Assembly (NCBI GenBank): GCA_019745315.1 | Contig: JAIETH010000005.1 | Coordinates: forward strand, 1-61,990 | Length of the DNA stretch: 61,990 nt | From: Patescibacteria group bacterium | GTDB taxonomy: Bacteria > Patescibacteriota > Minisyncoccia > Phycocordibacterales > UBA918 | Direction: 5' to 3' | Shown here: in pieces, positions 1-8,866 of the stretch | Numbering within the stretch: the stretch's first letter is position 1 | Layout: every line of letters starts with the position of its first letter | Program-made: the position numbers and the translations under genes | The notes under the pieces: model-generated | Databases searched by the model: none | What the model saw: the letters and a program-made list of their open reading frames with translations, nothing else | What the model was told of the DNA's origin: nothing

Positions 1-94
1 AAGCTCATTTTCAAGAAGGATCTGATATTTTTCTGTATTCATGTATACGAAGTATAGCACCGCTTTTTAAGTGTGCTTTGGTCTAGTGGGGATG

Positions 95-1735
95 CTATTC
101 AAGCTCCTCTATAAGTGCCTCAAGCGTAGAATAGCTTGTTGCAATGAGAATAAATTCATTTTGTATAAAGGTGTAGAGAATTCGTTCCTCGCCCACTTCA
201 TCATACAGAATGCGTACGTCGTGATTTTGGATAACGTCATCAACAAACGATGCGGGGCGCGTACGATCTTCTGTAAGTGAGGCAGGATCAAATGTTTTGC
301 GTACTGGCTCTCCAAAAAATGGCGCAAGATCAACACTTATTGATGCTTCCCATGCAAGCATTCCTGCGAGCGCAGTATCAAATTGATTTGTTTTGAGAAC
401 AATGAAAGCATTCTTATTTGTGCCGTATGAACCAAACATGCTCGTACTATCGAGGCTGCGGATAAAGGTTCCTGGAACACGAGGATCAAGCACCCGCATG
501 ATTTCAGATGTTGTTTCTGCAACCTCTGATCCATTTTGGAGCGTGGTTGGGTACACCTGAAGGAAGTCACGAGCACCAAGCGGTGTGGCACTTGAAAGAG
601 AAGTTATTTTTTCAATCAAAGTAGTTCGATCCTCGGGGAGTTGTACGGGTATTTGTGTCTGTGTCTTAAAGAATCCAGGAATGCCACTTACTACAGTCGT
701 TTGTCCAGAAGTATTTATGTTGAGGTAATAGTAAGTACCGCCTCCTGTGATTGCGATGAGCAGGAGTGCTATTGCAATAAATGGAATCCAGGAGCGTTGT
801 TCTCGCTGACGTGGCGCTTGATAGCTAACGCCTGTTCTCTCTCTTCGTTCTGCCTCGATTGCCGCTATTTGAGGCGCTGATATTTCATTCGTTTTTATAT
901 CCGTAAGTGCATCATTTCGATACGTTCGTATAGGTGCCGTCCCTTCCTCAGATAGTTGCGGTGGAATAAAAGGAATGTCTCGTGACACGCGTACCTCTTG
1001 CACCTCCTCTTTCTGTTTTGTTTCAGCGAGTTGGGCTAGGCGCTGTCGTGCTTCCGTATCTTCTTGTGGTGGCGCGGGTGGCGGAGGCGGTGCTGCGGGA
1101 CGCACCTGACGCATCACCTTAAAAGATTTTTTAGGTGGTTGCTCAGATACGGAGATGGGGGGTAGTGTCCGAAGCGCTGCGCGATACTCAGTGACCTTTT
1201 CTTTTGGTGCTGTGGGCGTTCTTGGTTCACTAATAAGATTCCATGTAGTTTTTTGAGGTGGCGGTACAGGAGTTTCTTGCTGCGAAGGCAGTGCTGGAGC
1301 AATGTCAACTCGCATCTGGGTGGTTGGCACAGTTTCTTCAAGTAAGGGTGTTATATTTTTCTCCCACCAGTTTTTTATATTTGAGGTAAATTGCTCAATG
1401 ACAGGGGTGCGACTTGTCTGATAGTTGTTAAGTATCATTCCTTCCTCATCGCCCCTCCCCGCACTTTTTATGTCAAACGCATTTGGATCGTGCGCCACCG
1501 CAGAAGGTTTTGCAGTAAATGTAGTTTCTGCTTTTTCTATGTGAGCTGTGGTGTCACGTAGAATTGCATTCTGGAGATTTTCAGCTTGTGTTGTGATGTG
1601 TTGCGGAGCAACGAGTGTGGCTGGTGTTGAGGCTGCTACTGATGGGGCTGGTGTATTTCCTCCTTGCGCACGTTCAAGATCCTCAGCGAATGTTCTAAGT
1701 GCGCGAAGACCCCCTTTCTTTTGTGAAGGCTGCAT
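95..1735 (-). CDS. Hypothetical single-pass membrane protein with a long Pro/Gln/Glu-rich N-terminal region and a globular C-terminal domain
   Basis: 546-aa ORF. Low-complexity PPPPPAPP tract, one TM helix (WIPFIAIALLLIAITGGG), and a -10-like GATACT 8 nt before the ATG. Confidence 0.75.
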   Translation of the reverse strand: MQPSQKKGGLRALRTFAEDLERAQGGNTPAPSVAASTPATLVAPQHITTQAENLQNAILRDTTAHIEKAETTFTAKPSAVAHDPNAFDIKSAGRGDEEGMILNNYQTSRTPVIEQFTSNIKNWWEKNITPLLEETVPTTQMRVDIAPALPSQQETPVPPPQKTTWNLISEPRTPTAPKEKVTEYRAALRTLPPISVSEQPPKKSFKVMRQVRPAAPPPPPAPPQEDTEARQRLAQLAETKQKEEVQEVRVSRDIPFIPPQLSEEGTAPIRTYRNDALTDIKTNEISAPQIAAIEAERRERTGVSYQAPRQREQRSWIPFIAIALLLIAITGGGTYYYLNINTSGQTTVVSGIPGFFKTQTQIPVQLPEDRTTLIEKITSLSSATPLGARDFLQVYPTTLQNGSEVAETTSEIMRVLDPRVPGTFIRSLDSTSMFGSYGTNKNAFIVLKTNQFDTALAGMLAWEASISVDLAPFFGEPVRKTFDPASLTEDRTRPASFVDDVIQNHDVRILYDEVGEERILYTFIQNEFILIATSYSTLEALIEELE

Positions 1736-1833
1736 TCTCTATCAGTATCGCACGGAGAAGACATCAATGCGATTGTTTTGCTATAAAGAATGTTGATTTA
1801 AAAAAGAGAGTCACATGAATGTGACTCTCTTTT

Positions 1834-2388
1834 TTACTCATCGTTTCGTTTTTCTTTCTGAATATTTTTTCTACCTCCCGATCTGTTCCCGATAAGGAAT
1901 GTATCTGGGTCTTCATCCATATCAAGAAAGTCATCAGTTGATTCGATGAGTCGCGCAGAAGATGAGCGACCAAAAGAAATAACCTCAACCTGACACCCTT
2001 GCGCTCGCACGTATTCAACAAGAGGTACGAAGTCACCATCACCTGTTGCAAGTACGATAACATCAAGCTTTGGCGCCATCTTGATAGCGTCAATTGCCAT
2101 TCCGACATCCCAATCAGCTTTCTTTGCGCCACCAAAAAATATTTGAAGATCTTTTGTTTTTGTTTCGATGCCAATTTTTTGAAGCGCTTCAAAAAATGCT
2201 TGCTCGTCCCCACTTTCAGTAGTTACTACATATGAAATAGCTCGTACGAGCTTTCTTTCGCCAAGTGCTGCATGGACAACGGCGTCAAAATTTACTTTTG
2301 CTTTATAGAGGTTTTTTGCACTATGGTAGAGGTTTTGTGTGTCTATAAAAATACCGACACGCTGCTCTTTATGTTTAACAATTGTCAT
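1834..2388 (-). CDS. NYN domain protein (LabA/DUF88, PIN-like fold)
   Basis: Motifs IFIDTQNLY, KADWDVGMAIDA, LATGDGDFVPLV, LIESTDDF. Confidence 0.9.
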   Translation of the reverse strand: MTIVKHKEQRVGIFIDTQNLYHSAKNLYKAKVNFDAVVHAALGERKLVRAISYVVTTESGDEQAFFEALQKIGIETKTKDLQIFFGGAKKADWDVGMAIDAIKMAPKLDVIVLATGDGDFVPLVEYVRAQGCQVEVISFGRSSSARLIESTDDFLDMDEDPDTFLIGNRSGGRKNIQKEKRNDE

Positions 2389-2456
2389 AAAATCGTTGAG
2401 GCAGTGGTTTCTAATTACATATTAAAACGTCTCGCGAACCTATAAAAAGTATAGCA

Positions 2457-2481
2457 TAAGACCCTCCTTAGGAGGGTCTTA
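2457..2481 (-). terminator. Intrinsic terminator-like hairpin after rpsO
   Basis: TAAGACCCTCC-TTA-GGAGGGTCTTA, a perfect 11-bp stem. Confidence 0.6.
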
Positions 2482-2502
2482 TGGAACAAAATGTGAAAAA
2501 TA

Positions 2503-2769
2503 TTAGCGTTTGAGACCAAGTTTCTTGGTTAAAGCGTTGTACGCCTTAACATCAGTGCGCTCAAGGTATTTGAGGTGCTTGCGGCGATCCGCAACCATCT
2601 GCAAAAGTCCACGACGTGAGTGCACATCCTTCTTGTTTTTGCGCAAATGTGTTGAAAGTTCATCAATTTGCTTGCTCAAAAGAGACGCCTGTACCTGAGG
2701 TGACCCTGTGTCAGCGTCATGTGTGCGCGCTTCTTTTATAACATTTTGCTTTTTTCGTTTCGTAAGCAT
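2503..2769 (-). CDS. rpsO: 30S ribosomal protein S15
   Basis: DTGSPQVQ and HSRRGLLQMVADRRKHLKYL motifs. Start moved to ATG 2769, which follows TTGCAA-17 nt-TATAGT by 6 nt. Confidence 0.97.
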   Translation of the reverse strand: MLTKRKKQNVIKEARTHDADTGSPQVQASLLSKQIDELSTHLRKNKKDVHSRRGLLQMVADRRKHLKYLERTDVKAYNALTKKLGLKR

Positions 2770-2891
2770 GCGAGGACTATAGCACAGATTGACAATATTT
2801 GCAAGTACTGTCGTAACTACCCTCCCTGAGCGTACGTTTTGTTGAGCTTTGGGGGTCATTTCTCTCCCTGTGTGTCTGATACACTATATAT

Positions 2892-3806
2892 ATGAGTATA
2901 CAAGAAGCAATACGCGAATTTCTTCAATATCTTGAGATAGAAAAAGGTCGTTCTGCAAAGACTATAGATAACTATGGGCACTACCTCGAACGTTTTGTTG
3001 TGTATTCTAAGATCAAAGCCCCGGCTGATATAACAGAAGTCCTTATTCGTGAGTACCGTGTATGGCTTAATCGCCAGCCGGGCACAAAGGTTGGTAGGAA
3101 TATAGAGACAATGAAGCGACGCACCCAAAATTACTACCTTATTGCGCTTCGTGCTTTTCTTAAGTTTTTGCGTAAGCGTGGTATTGAGTCTGTTTCTCCT
3201 GAGCGTATTGAGCTGGCGAAGGTTGGCGAGCGTCATCTTGACCTTATTACTGAAGCTGAATTAAATCGCCTCCTTGATGCCCCTGACGTAAAAAGTACAC
3301 AAGGAATGCGTGATCGCGCAATTTTAGAGCTCCTTTTCTCTACTGGTCTTCGCGTATCCGAGCTCTGCGCCCTTTCAATTGATGATGTTGATCTCTCTCG
3401 TGATGAATTTTCAGTGCGTGGGAAAGGAGATAAGGTTCGTGTAGTTTTCTTAACAGAGGCTGCGAAGCGCTGTATTAAAGAGTACTTGGCTTCGCGAAAA
3501 GATATGGACGATGCGATGTTTGTGCAGTATGGAAAAAACGCTAAAAATGCGAAAGAATTACGCCTCACAGTGCGCGCGGTGCAGAGACTTGTGAAATTCT
3601 ATGCTGCGAAGGCAGGTATTACGCGCAAGGTAACCCCTCACGTTATTCGCCACAGCTTTGCGACGGATTTATTAGGAAATGGTGCTGACCTCCGCTCGGT
3701 ACAAGCGCTCTTGGGGCATGCGAATATCGCGACAACTCAGATCTATACGCATGTCACTGACTCACATCTCCGCGAAGTGCATAAAAAATTCCACTCAAGA
3801 AAATAA
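2892..3806 (+). CDS. xerC: XerC/XerD-family tyrosine recombinase (paralogue identity cannot be resolved)
   Basis: RDRAILELLFSTGLRVSEL, HVIRHSFATDLL, LGHANIATTQIYTH: the catalytic R-H-R-H-Y set is intact. Confidence 0.92.
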   Translation: MSIQEAIREFLQYLEIEKGRSAKTIDNYGHYLERFVVYSKIKAPADITEVLIREYRVWLNRQPGTKVGRNIETMKRRTQNYYLIALRAFLKFLRKRGIESVSPERIELAKVGERHLDLITEAELNRLLDAPDVKSTQGMRDRAILELLFSTGLRVSELCALSIDDVDLSRDEFSVRGKGDKVRVVFLTEAAKRCIKEYLASRKDMDDAMFVQYGKNAKNAKELRLTVRAVQRLVKFYAAKAGITRKVTPHVIRHSFATDLLGNGADLRSVQALLGHANIATTQIYTHVTDSHLREVHKKFHSRK

Positions 3807-3837
3807 AAAGCACGATCTTTTGGATGCGTGCATGTCT

Positions 3838-4587
3838 TCATGTGTGATTTCGCTGCGGATCGAAGAAGCAGACGATTGCTGTCCGCGCGATATTGATATC
3901 GCGTGCAATAGGTTCTCCATCGCGCGCTACGACACGGTGTTCCGTGGGGGCAAGTGCGCCCTTGGTGTTTGTATGGAGTACATTTCCGATCATGATCGGA
4001 AACTCCTTCCTCCGTGCCTCCACATCAACCCATTCACCCCTTATCTTTACCTGCAGCCCCGGGTGACTTTCGTCCACATGGAGCGTAAGTCCTGACCTGT
4101 CTACATGCGCTTTTGCCAGCGTCTCCTTCTTGTTCCCCGGCGGCGGTATATCGTATGCCAGGAATCGGATGATAAGATCGGGTTCCGCTGCTCCGCTAAG
4201 AAATTTCCCTCTCAATCCTGCATAGGGAAATTCTTGGTCAAAGAGGTCGAGTGCCGCTAATGCTGGAGGGATCAGGTGTTTCTGAAGGCACGATGCAACT
4301 CTGATAAAGTGAGTTAAGGTTTCGTTTTCTGGAAACTTCCCTCGAGCCCACTTCTTCCACTCTCCTGTATAGTGAAAAAAGTGTTTAACGTCAGCGCCCT
4401 CTTTCCTGCTGTATCCGTCGGGCGTTGTGTCTCCCGAAATGATCATCTGTGTCTCTGCGAGGATCTCGTAGGGCATTTCTCGCAGTAGACGAAGCCATGC
4501 TTTGTTGGCTTGAGTGATGAGCTTAGGCGAAATTATATGAGGAACATATAGAAGGCTTTGGCCAAGCACGAACGCTTTGCTCTCCAT
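3838..4587 (-). CDS. 2-oxoglutarate/Fe(II)-dependent oxygenase (isopenicillin N synthase-like fold)
   Basis: HxD (AHVDRSGLTL), GLQV, W-x-x-V, distal His (TEHRVV), and C-terminal R-T-A-I-V-C-F. Confidence 0.75.
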   Translation of the reverse strand: MESKAFVLGQSLLYVPHIISPKLITQANKAWLRLLREMPYEILAETQMIISGDTTPDGYSRKEGADVKHFFHYTGEWKKWARGKFPENETLTHFIRVASCLQKHLIPPALAALDLFDQEFPYAGLRGKFLSGAAEPDLIIRFLAYDIPPPGNKKETLAKAHVDRSGLTLHVDESHPGLQVKIRGEWVDVEARRKEFPIMIGNVLHTNTKGALAPTEHRVVARDGEPIARDINIARTAIVCFFDPQRNHT

Positions 4588-4703
4588 GGCGCATTCCCTT
4601 CGCGTGAGGTTTCTGAGATTAATAGTACGGCAGATGCGTTTTTGAGAATACTATTCAGAAAAGATAAAGTGTGTTGTTTTCTGTAGTTTGCTACTATATC
4701 CCT

Positions 4704-5471
4704 ATGAAATTAATCTCTTGGAATGTGAACGGACTTCGGTCGCTTGAGAAAAATGGGACGTGGGATGCATTTTTAGCACTCGACCCTGATATTTTTTGTC
4801 TCCAAGAAACGAAAGCTGAAGTTGAGCAGCTCTCACCCACTCTCCGCTCACCTGCCGGATACCATTCCTATTTTTCTTCCTCAAAACTAAAGAAGGGTTA
4901 CAGTGGTGTGGCTCTTTATACAAAAATTGAACCCAAAGAAGTTTTTTATGGTATGGGAATCCCTCATTTTGATGACGAGGGTCGCATTGTGGGAGGAGAT
5001 TTTGGTGATTTTGTACTTATCAATATTTATTTTCCGAATGGTGGTCAGGGTCCGGAGCGTTTAGCATACAAATTTGATTTCTACGACGCATTTTTAGAAT
5101 TTATTGATCGATTCCGTGCGCAAGGCAAGAGTGTGATCTTTTGTGGTGATGTAAATACTGCCCACGAAGCAATTGACCTTGCTCGTCCTAAAGAGAACGA
5201 AGAAAACACAGGCTTTCTTCCAGAGGAGCGTGCGTGGATAGACGAAGTAATTCGTCATGGATACATGGATACTTTCCGCTATAAAAATCCTACCAAAAAG
5301 GACGCGTATTCATACTGGGATCAAAAAACTCGCGCGCGTGATCGTAACGTCGGGTGGCGCATCGATTACTTCTTTGCGAGTCAAGATATTCTTCCTCGTG
5401 TTGTAGGCGCAGACATTCTCCCTACTGTTTTGGGTTCAGACCACTGCCCTGTTGTTCTAGATATTAAATAG
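4704..5471 (+). CDS. xth: Exodeoxyribonuclease III (AP endonuclease)
   Basis: MKLISWNVNGLR, CLQETK, GDVNTAH, GWRIDY, SDHCPV. Start moved to ATG 4704. Confidence 0.95.
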   Translation: MKLISWNVNGLRSLEKNGTWDAFLALDPDIFCLQETKAEVEQLSPTLRSPAGYHSYFSSSKLKKGYSGVALYTKIEPKEVFYGMGIPHFDDEGRIVGGDFGDFVLINIYFPNGGQGPERLAYKFDFYDAFLEFIDRFRAQGKSVIFCGDVNTAHEAIDLARPKENEENTGFLPEERAWIDEVIRHGYMDTFRYKNPTKKDAYSYWDQKTRARDRNVGWRIDYFFASQDILPRVVGADILPTVLGSDHCPVVLDIK

Positions 5472-5476
5472 TCTCT

Positions 5477-6082
5477 TTATTTTTTGCTGCGGGTTGCAGC
5501 GATGAAGCTGGTGTAGTTCCACTTAAGGTCTTGAATTGATTCCTCAAGGATGTCGAGTTTGTATAATTTTGCTGCAGCACGTGAGGCTATAACCGCTGTC
5601 CCCTCTCCTAATACGCCACTCGCAAGATCCGCAGCGGCTTTCGCTGTGTCCTCATAAACTTCAATCTGTGCTTGAGGCCACGCACGTTTGAGGTACATTC
5701 TGCACTGCTTGATAGCTTGGTCGTGCGACGTGATAGTAGTGACCTCGCCCGCCTTAATCCCCTTTCGAACCAAAAGATTGTGGTGGATGTCTATCTCAAA
5801 AATTTTCTTAATATCGAAATTATGGCGCGACATTGCGTGTACTGCCTCGAGTACTATTCCCCCGTTACTATTCTCTATGGGAAATATAGCAGTCGTTATC
5901 TTCCCTGTCTCCAGAGCAGAAAGTACATTTTCAGCATTGAGTAGATATGCAAGCTCAAAACCCTTCAGCTTCATCTTTGCGGCATACGTCCGCGCAGCTT
6001 CTTCAGAAAAACTGCCTCGTGCACCCATAAGGCCAATGATTTCTTTGCTCGCCTCACCTTTCTTTGAAGTGATTTTTTTCAT
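5477..6082 (-). CDS. pheA: Prephenate dehydratase catalytic domain only (no ACT or chorismate mutase domain)
   Basis: GARGSFSEEAA, PIENSNGG, HDQAIKQC, TAKAA, AVIAS, IQDLKWNYTSF (canonical form ends TRF). Confidence 0.8.
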   Translation of the reverse strand: MKKITSKKGEASKEIIGLMGARGSFSEEAARTYAAKMKLKGFELAYLLNAENVLSALETGKITTAIFPIENSNGGIVLEAVHAMSRHNFDIKKIFEIDIHHNLLVRKGIKAGEVTTITSHDQAIKQCRMYLKRAWPQAQIEVYEDTAKAAADLASGVLGEGTAVIASRAAAKLYKLDILEESIQDLKWNYTSFIAATRSKK

Positions 6083-6124
6083 GATACGTAAGACTATATC
6101 ACAGAGTATTTTACGTAAAAACAC

Positions 6125-6201
6125 AGATGTCTTTTATAAAAGACATCTAAAAGACTCTTATCCACACATATGTCCTTTACGCTCAATCGTAAAGGACATA
6201 T
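6125..6201. promoter_or_regulatory. 24-bp perfect palindrome, a perfect DnaA box and a 14-bp hairpin
   Basis: AGATGTCTTTTATAAAAGACATCT (6125-6148); TTATCCACA (6158-6166); ATATGTCCTTTACG/CGTAAAGGACATAT (6168-6201). Confidence 0.55.
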
Positions 6202-6259
6202 AGTAGCGGTAGGCCCTTGAAGGCTATGGATATCAATGAGATATCCGAGATGATCTTTT

Positions 6260-6558
6260 AAAAAAGAAGAAGTAATACCTCCAAATTACTTCAGTTCTTT
6301 CACATATTCCACCCACTTTGAACCAAGACGTTGCGGCTGAATGATTCCGCCCTGAGTATCCTAGGTGTCTTTTATAAGACTACTAGGGTGTTGAGGACGG
6401 GGTCATTCTACACATGCCCCAATAGAATGGTTCTCATGGAGGCCAATCGCAACGAGACTTCGTCTCAACGCAAGATCCACTAGGATCACGGCCTCTCCAA
6501 AGCCCGACTCAAACGTTACTAATTAACTACCACATTAGCAGCGTACAGCCGGGCTTTT
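6260..6558 (-). ncRNA. Unassigned structured RNA candidate of about 300 nt
   Basis: No ORF of 60 aa or more. At least six stems, several pairing as G.U only on the minus strand. Ends in GAAGUAAU/AUUACUUC followed by UUCUUUUUU. Confidence 0.5.
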
Positions 6559-6593
6559 GTATTTCCTCCCTATTCCTATTTGGTTTAGTTCGC

Positions 6594-6622
6594 AAAAAAG
6601 CGCCTGGTTAGGCGCCCTTTTT
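6594..6622 (-). terminator. Terminator after cca
   Basis: AAAAAAGCGCC-TGGTTA-GGCGCCCTTTTT. Confidence 0.6.
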
Positions 6623-6645
6623 AGTATGTGTATCTATAGAAGAGG

Positions 6646-8124
6646 TTATCCGACGTGGTATTTCTTATGGATTTCTTTGATGGCGCCCCGCTCCTCTTCT
6701 CTTTGCTTCTCTCTACCCTGCTCTCCAAGCGAAATTAGCTCTTCAAGCGGCATTTTCATAAGTACTAAAGCCCTACTCTCTAGGTAGTCCTCTGTGTTTT
6801 TGAGTGGATCTTCTAAAACCTCTTCAAGTAATGCGTGGAGTGTATGACCAAGCTTTGGTCCAGGCTTCTCAGCGCTCAGTTCCATGATGCGAGAACCATC
6901 AATCTTAAGCATTTTGACAGTAATAGGGTCTCGAAGAGCTTCTTCTACCATTGCGATATACTTTCTGAGTCGAAATGGCTGTTCTTTTGGTCGTCCTGTC
7001 CCTACGCGGTCGCAGATTCTGAGGTTAAGTAAATCCCATATATTTTCTTGTCCTACGTTTCGTATCGTTCTTCTGACCGCTGAGAGCGTTACTTCGTCTG
7101 GATCTGAGAAGAACATATGCCAACGAACCAAGTTTGCCACCTTTTCAACTGTTTCACGTGGAAACTTAAGCTCTTGGAGAGCCTTCTTTGTTACACGTGA
7201 ACCCACAACCTCGTGTCCGTGGAAGCTCCAGTCTTTCTTTTCTTCCGCCCAGCGCCGTGTTTCTGGCTTAGAAATATCATGAAACAGTGCAGCGAGGCGA
7301 ATTTCGAGTGACCAACCCTTGTCAGCCGCATGTTGAAGTGTGCGCACGAGGTGCTCATACACATCAAAGGCATGAGCTTGGTTTTGAGAAACACCAATAC
7401 TTCGCAGTACATCCGGCGCAACATACGGGAGCATACCAAGCTTTTCAAGCAAAATAATGCCCTGCATAGGCTGTTTTGATTCCAATATTCGCACAAATTC
7501 GTCTCGAATACGTTCTTTTGATATCCGACTTAGATTATTTGCATTTTTAGCTATAGCGGCCATTGTGGCTCCTTCTAGGGTCAGCTCAAGTTCCACGACA
7601 AGTCGAACTGCGCGCATCATACGAAGTGCGTCTTCTGCAAAGCGGTCACGAGCTACTCCTACTGCACGGAGGCGTCTATCTTTTAGATCGGCTTGGCCAT
7701 CGAAAAGATCTATAAATTCAGCTGTTTTTGGGCGATATGCAATAGCGTTTATGGTGAAATCACGTCGTTTGAGGTCATCTTCTATCGAGGTGCTGAAGAG
7801 GACGCTATCAGGTCTTCTAGCATCTGAATATGTTGATTCAATGCGGTACGGGGTTACTTCTATGACTTTTACCCGTGGATCGAGCGCTTCCTCGTATACG
7901 ACTCCAATTGTGCCGAATTCGTTGTTTTGATAGGTATGCTCAAAAAGACTGACTATTTCTTCCGGTCGTGCGTTCGTTGTGATATCCCAGTCCTTAGGCA
8001 GCCTTTTTATTAAAAGATCACGGACGCACCCCCCTACTAAATATGCTTCAAACCCACCTTTTTCTAACGTTTCTGCTACATCTAAAACCTCGCGTGGAAT
8101 ATCAGATAGGGTGATCGTTGACAT
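6646..8124 (-). CDS. cca: CCA-adding tRNA nucleotidyltransferase with HD domain
   Basis: LVGGCVRD, DWDITT, RRDFTINA, EDALRMMRA, ERIRDE, LFHDISK. The tRNA genes in this window do not encode CCA. Confidence 0.9.
   Translation of the reverse strand: MSTITLSDIPREVLDVAETLEKGGFEAYLVGGCVRDLLIKRLPKDWDITTNARPEEIVSLFEHTYQNNEFGTIGVVYEEALDPRVKVIEVTPYRIESTYSDARRPDSVLFSTSIEDDLKRRDFTINAIAYRPKTAEFIDLFDGQADLKDRRLRAVGVARDRFAEDALRMMRAVRLVVELELTLEGATMAAIAKNANNLSRISKERIRDEFVRILESKQPMQGIILLEKLGMLPYVAPDVLRSIGVSQNQAHAFDVYEHLVRTLQHAADKGWSLEIRLAALFHDISKPETRRWAEEKKDWSFHGHEVVGSRVTKKALQELKFPRETVEKVANLVRWHMFFSDPDEVTLSAVRRTIRNVGQENIWDLLNLRICDRVGTGRPKEQPFRLRKYIAMVEEALRDPITVKMLKIDGSRIMELSAEKPGPKLGHTLHALLEEVLEDPLKNTEDYLESRALVLMKMPLEELISLGEQGREKQREEERGAIKEIHKKYHVG
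7150..7204. other. Two parS-like sites inside cca
   Basis: TGTTTCACGTGGAAAC (7150-7165) and TGTTACACGTGAACCC (7189-7204), against consensus TGTTNCACGTGAAACA. Confidence 0.45.
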
Positions 8125-8271
8125 TGCATGTATTTTAGTATCATTTTTGCATTTTAGCTACTTTAAACGTATGATTCTAGTGCTGAAGAAAGAGTCTGCT
8201 TGTATGACCTTCGGTCATACAAGGGCTGCGCTCAAAGAAAATATAAGCAAGCTTCTACTTTCTTCTCGCTT

Positions 8272-8343
8272 GCCCTTGTAGTGAAATGGATATCACTATA
8301 GTCTTCGGAACTATCATTCTAGGTTCGAATCCTGGCGGGGGCA
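8272..8343 (+). tRNA. tRNA-Arg(UCG)
   Basis: Acceptor GCCCTTG/CGGGGGC, D stem GTGA/TCAC, anticodon arm ATAGT-CTTCGGA-ACTAT, T arm CTAGG-TTCGAAT-CCTGG. Confidence 0.93.
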
Positions 8344-8795
8344 CAAAGGTAACAAAAAAACACCAACTTCACTGGTGTTTTTTTGTTAAAACGAAAACTG
8401 CTTTGCGTTTGTGCCTTTGTGCCAAACGGAAACATGTTTTATTTATAAAACAGTTGAGTTCGGGGAGGAAGTTCTTAATGAGCAAAGCGAATTTAGAAAC
8501 TTGACCCCACAAAAATAAGGTATTTTCAGAGATTATATGGCTCAACAAGAACGCAAAAAGCCCATCATGTAAACATGAGGGCTTTTTGTGACGCAACTAT
8601 TAAGAAATACGTCAGGTGAAGTGACTCTTAGCTTTTTATAAAGCATATAAGCCAATTCTTTAAAGAACAGAATCGGCGCCGTGTGCGCCGAGGGTACTTT
8701 ATAACACGCGCTCCGAGTCGTGTCATGTGGATTATGCACTTCCGCACCATATACTGGATTTAGCGATGGTCTGTAGTATAATCTGAGCTACATTT

Positions 8796-8866
8796 GCGGG
8801 TATGGTTTAGTGGTAGAACACGTCCTTGCCAAGGACGAGTCGAGAGTTCGATTCTCTCTACCCGCA
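8796..8866 (+). tRNA. tRNA-Gly(GCC)
   Basis: Acceptor GCGGGTA/TACCCGC, anticodon arm CGTCC-TTGCCAA-GGACG, T arm GAGAG-TTCGATT-CTCTC. TATAAT at 8777-8782. Confidence 0.96.

Noticed and set aside
1834-2388. NYN protein as a defence or toxin system
   Set aside because: A standalone LabA/DUF88-type gene with no antitoxin, array or defence neighbours.
2892-3806. Phage or island integrase
   Set aside because: Size and motifs fit a housekeeping Xer; it is flanked by rpsO, with no att sites or phage genes.
6260-6330. T-box riboswitch for pheA (AAAGUGGGUGGAAUAUG before a terminator on the minus strand)
   Set aside because: The bulge reads UGGAAUA, not UGGNACC. There is no downstream CCC partner for an antiterminator and no clear specifier loop or AG box. 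pheA also has its own -10 element about 10 nt from its start.
6300-6330. Second 6S RNA on the plus strand (CACCCACTTTGAACCAAG resembles E. coli 6S)
   Set aside because: No enclosing terminal stem on the plus strand, and the wobble pattern favours the minus strand.
6260-6558. tmRNA
   Set aside because: No tRNA-like 5'/3' ends or T-arm, and no open tag frame ending in AA-stop.
6499-6580. RNase P RNA (GAGGAAA and ACAAAAGCCCGGCU on the minus strand resemble CR-I/CR-V)
   Set aside because: The P4-like strands are in the wrong order and form a local hairpin; GAAAGUCC and the other conserved regions are absent.
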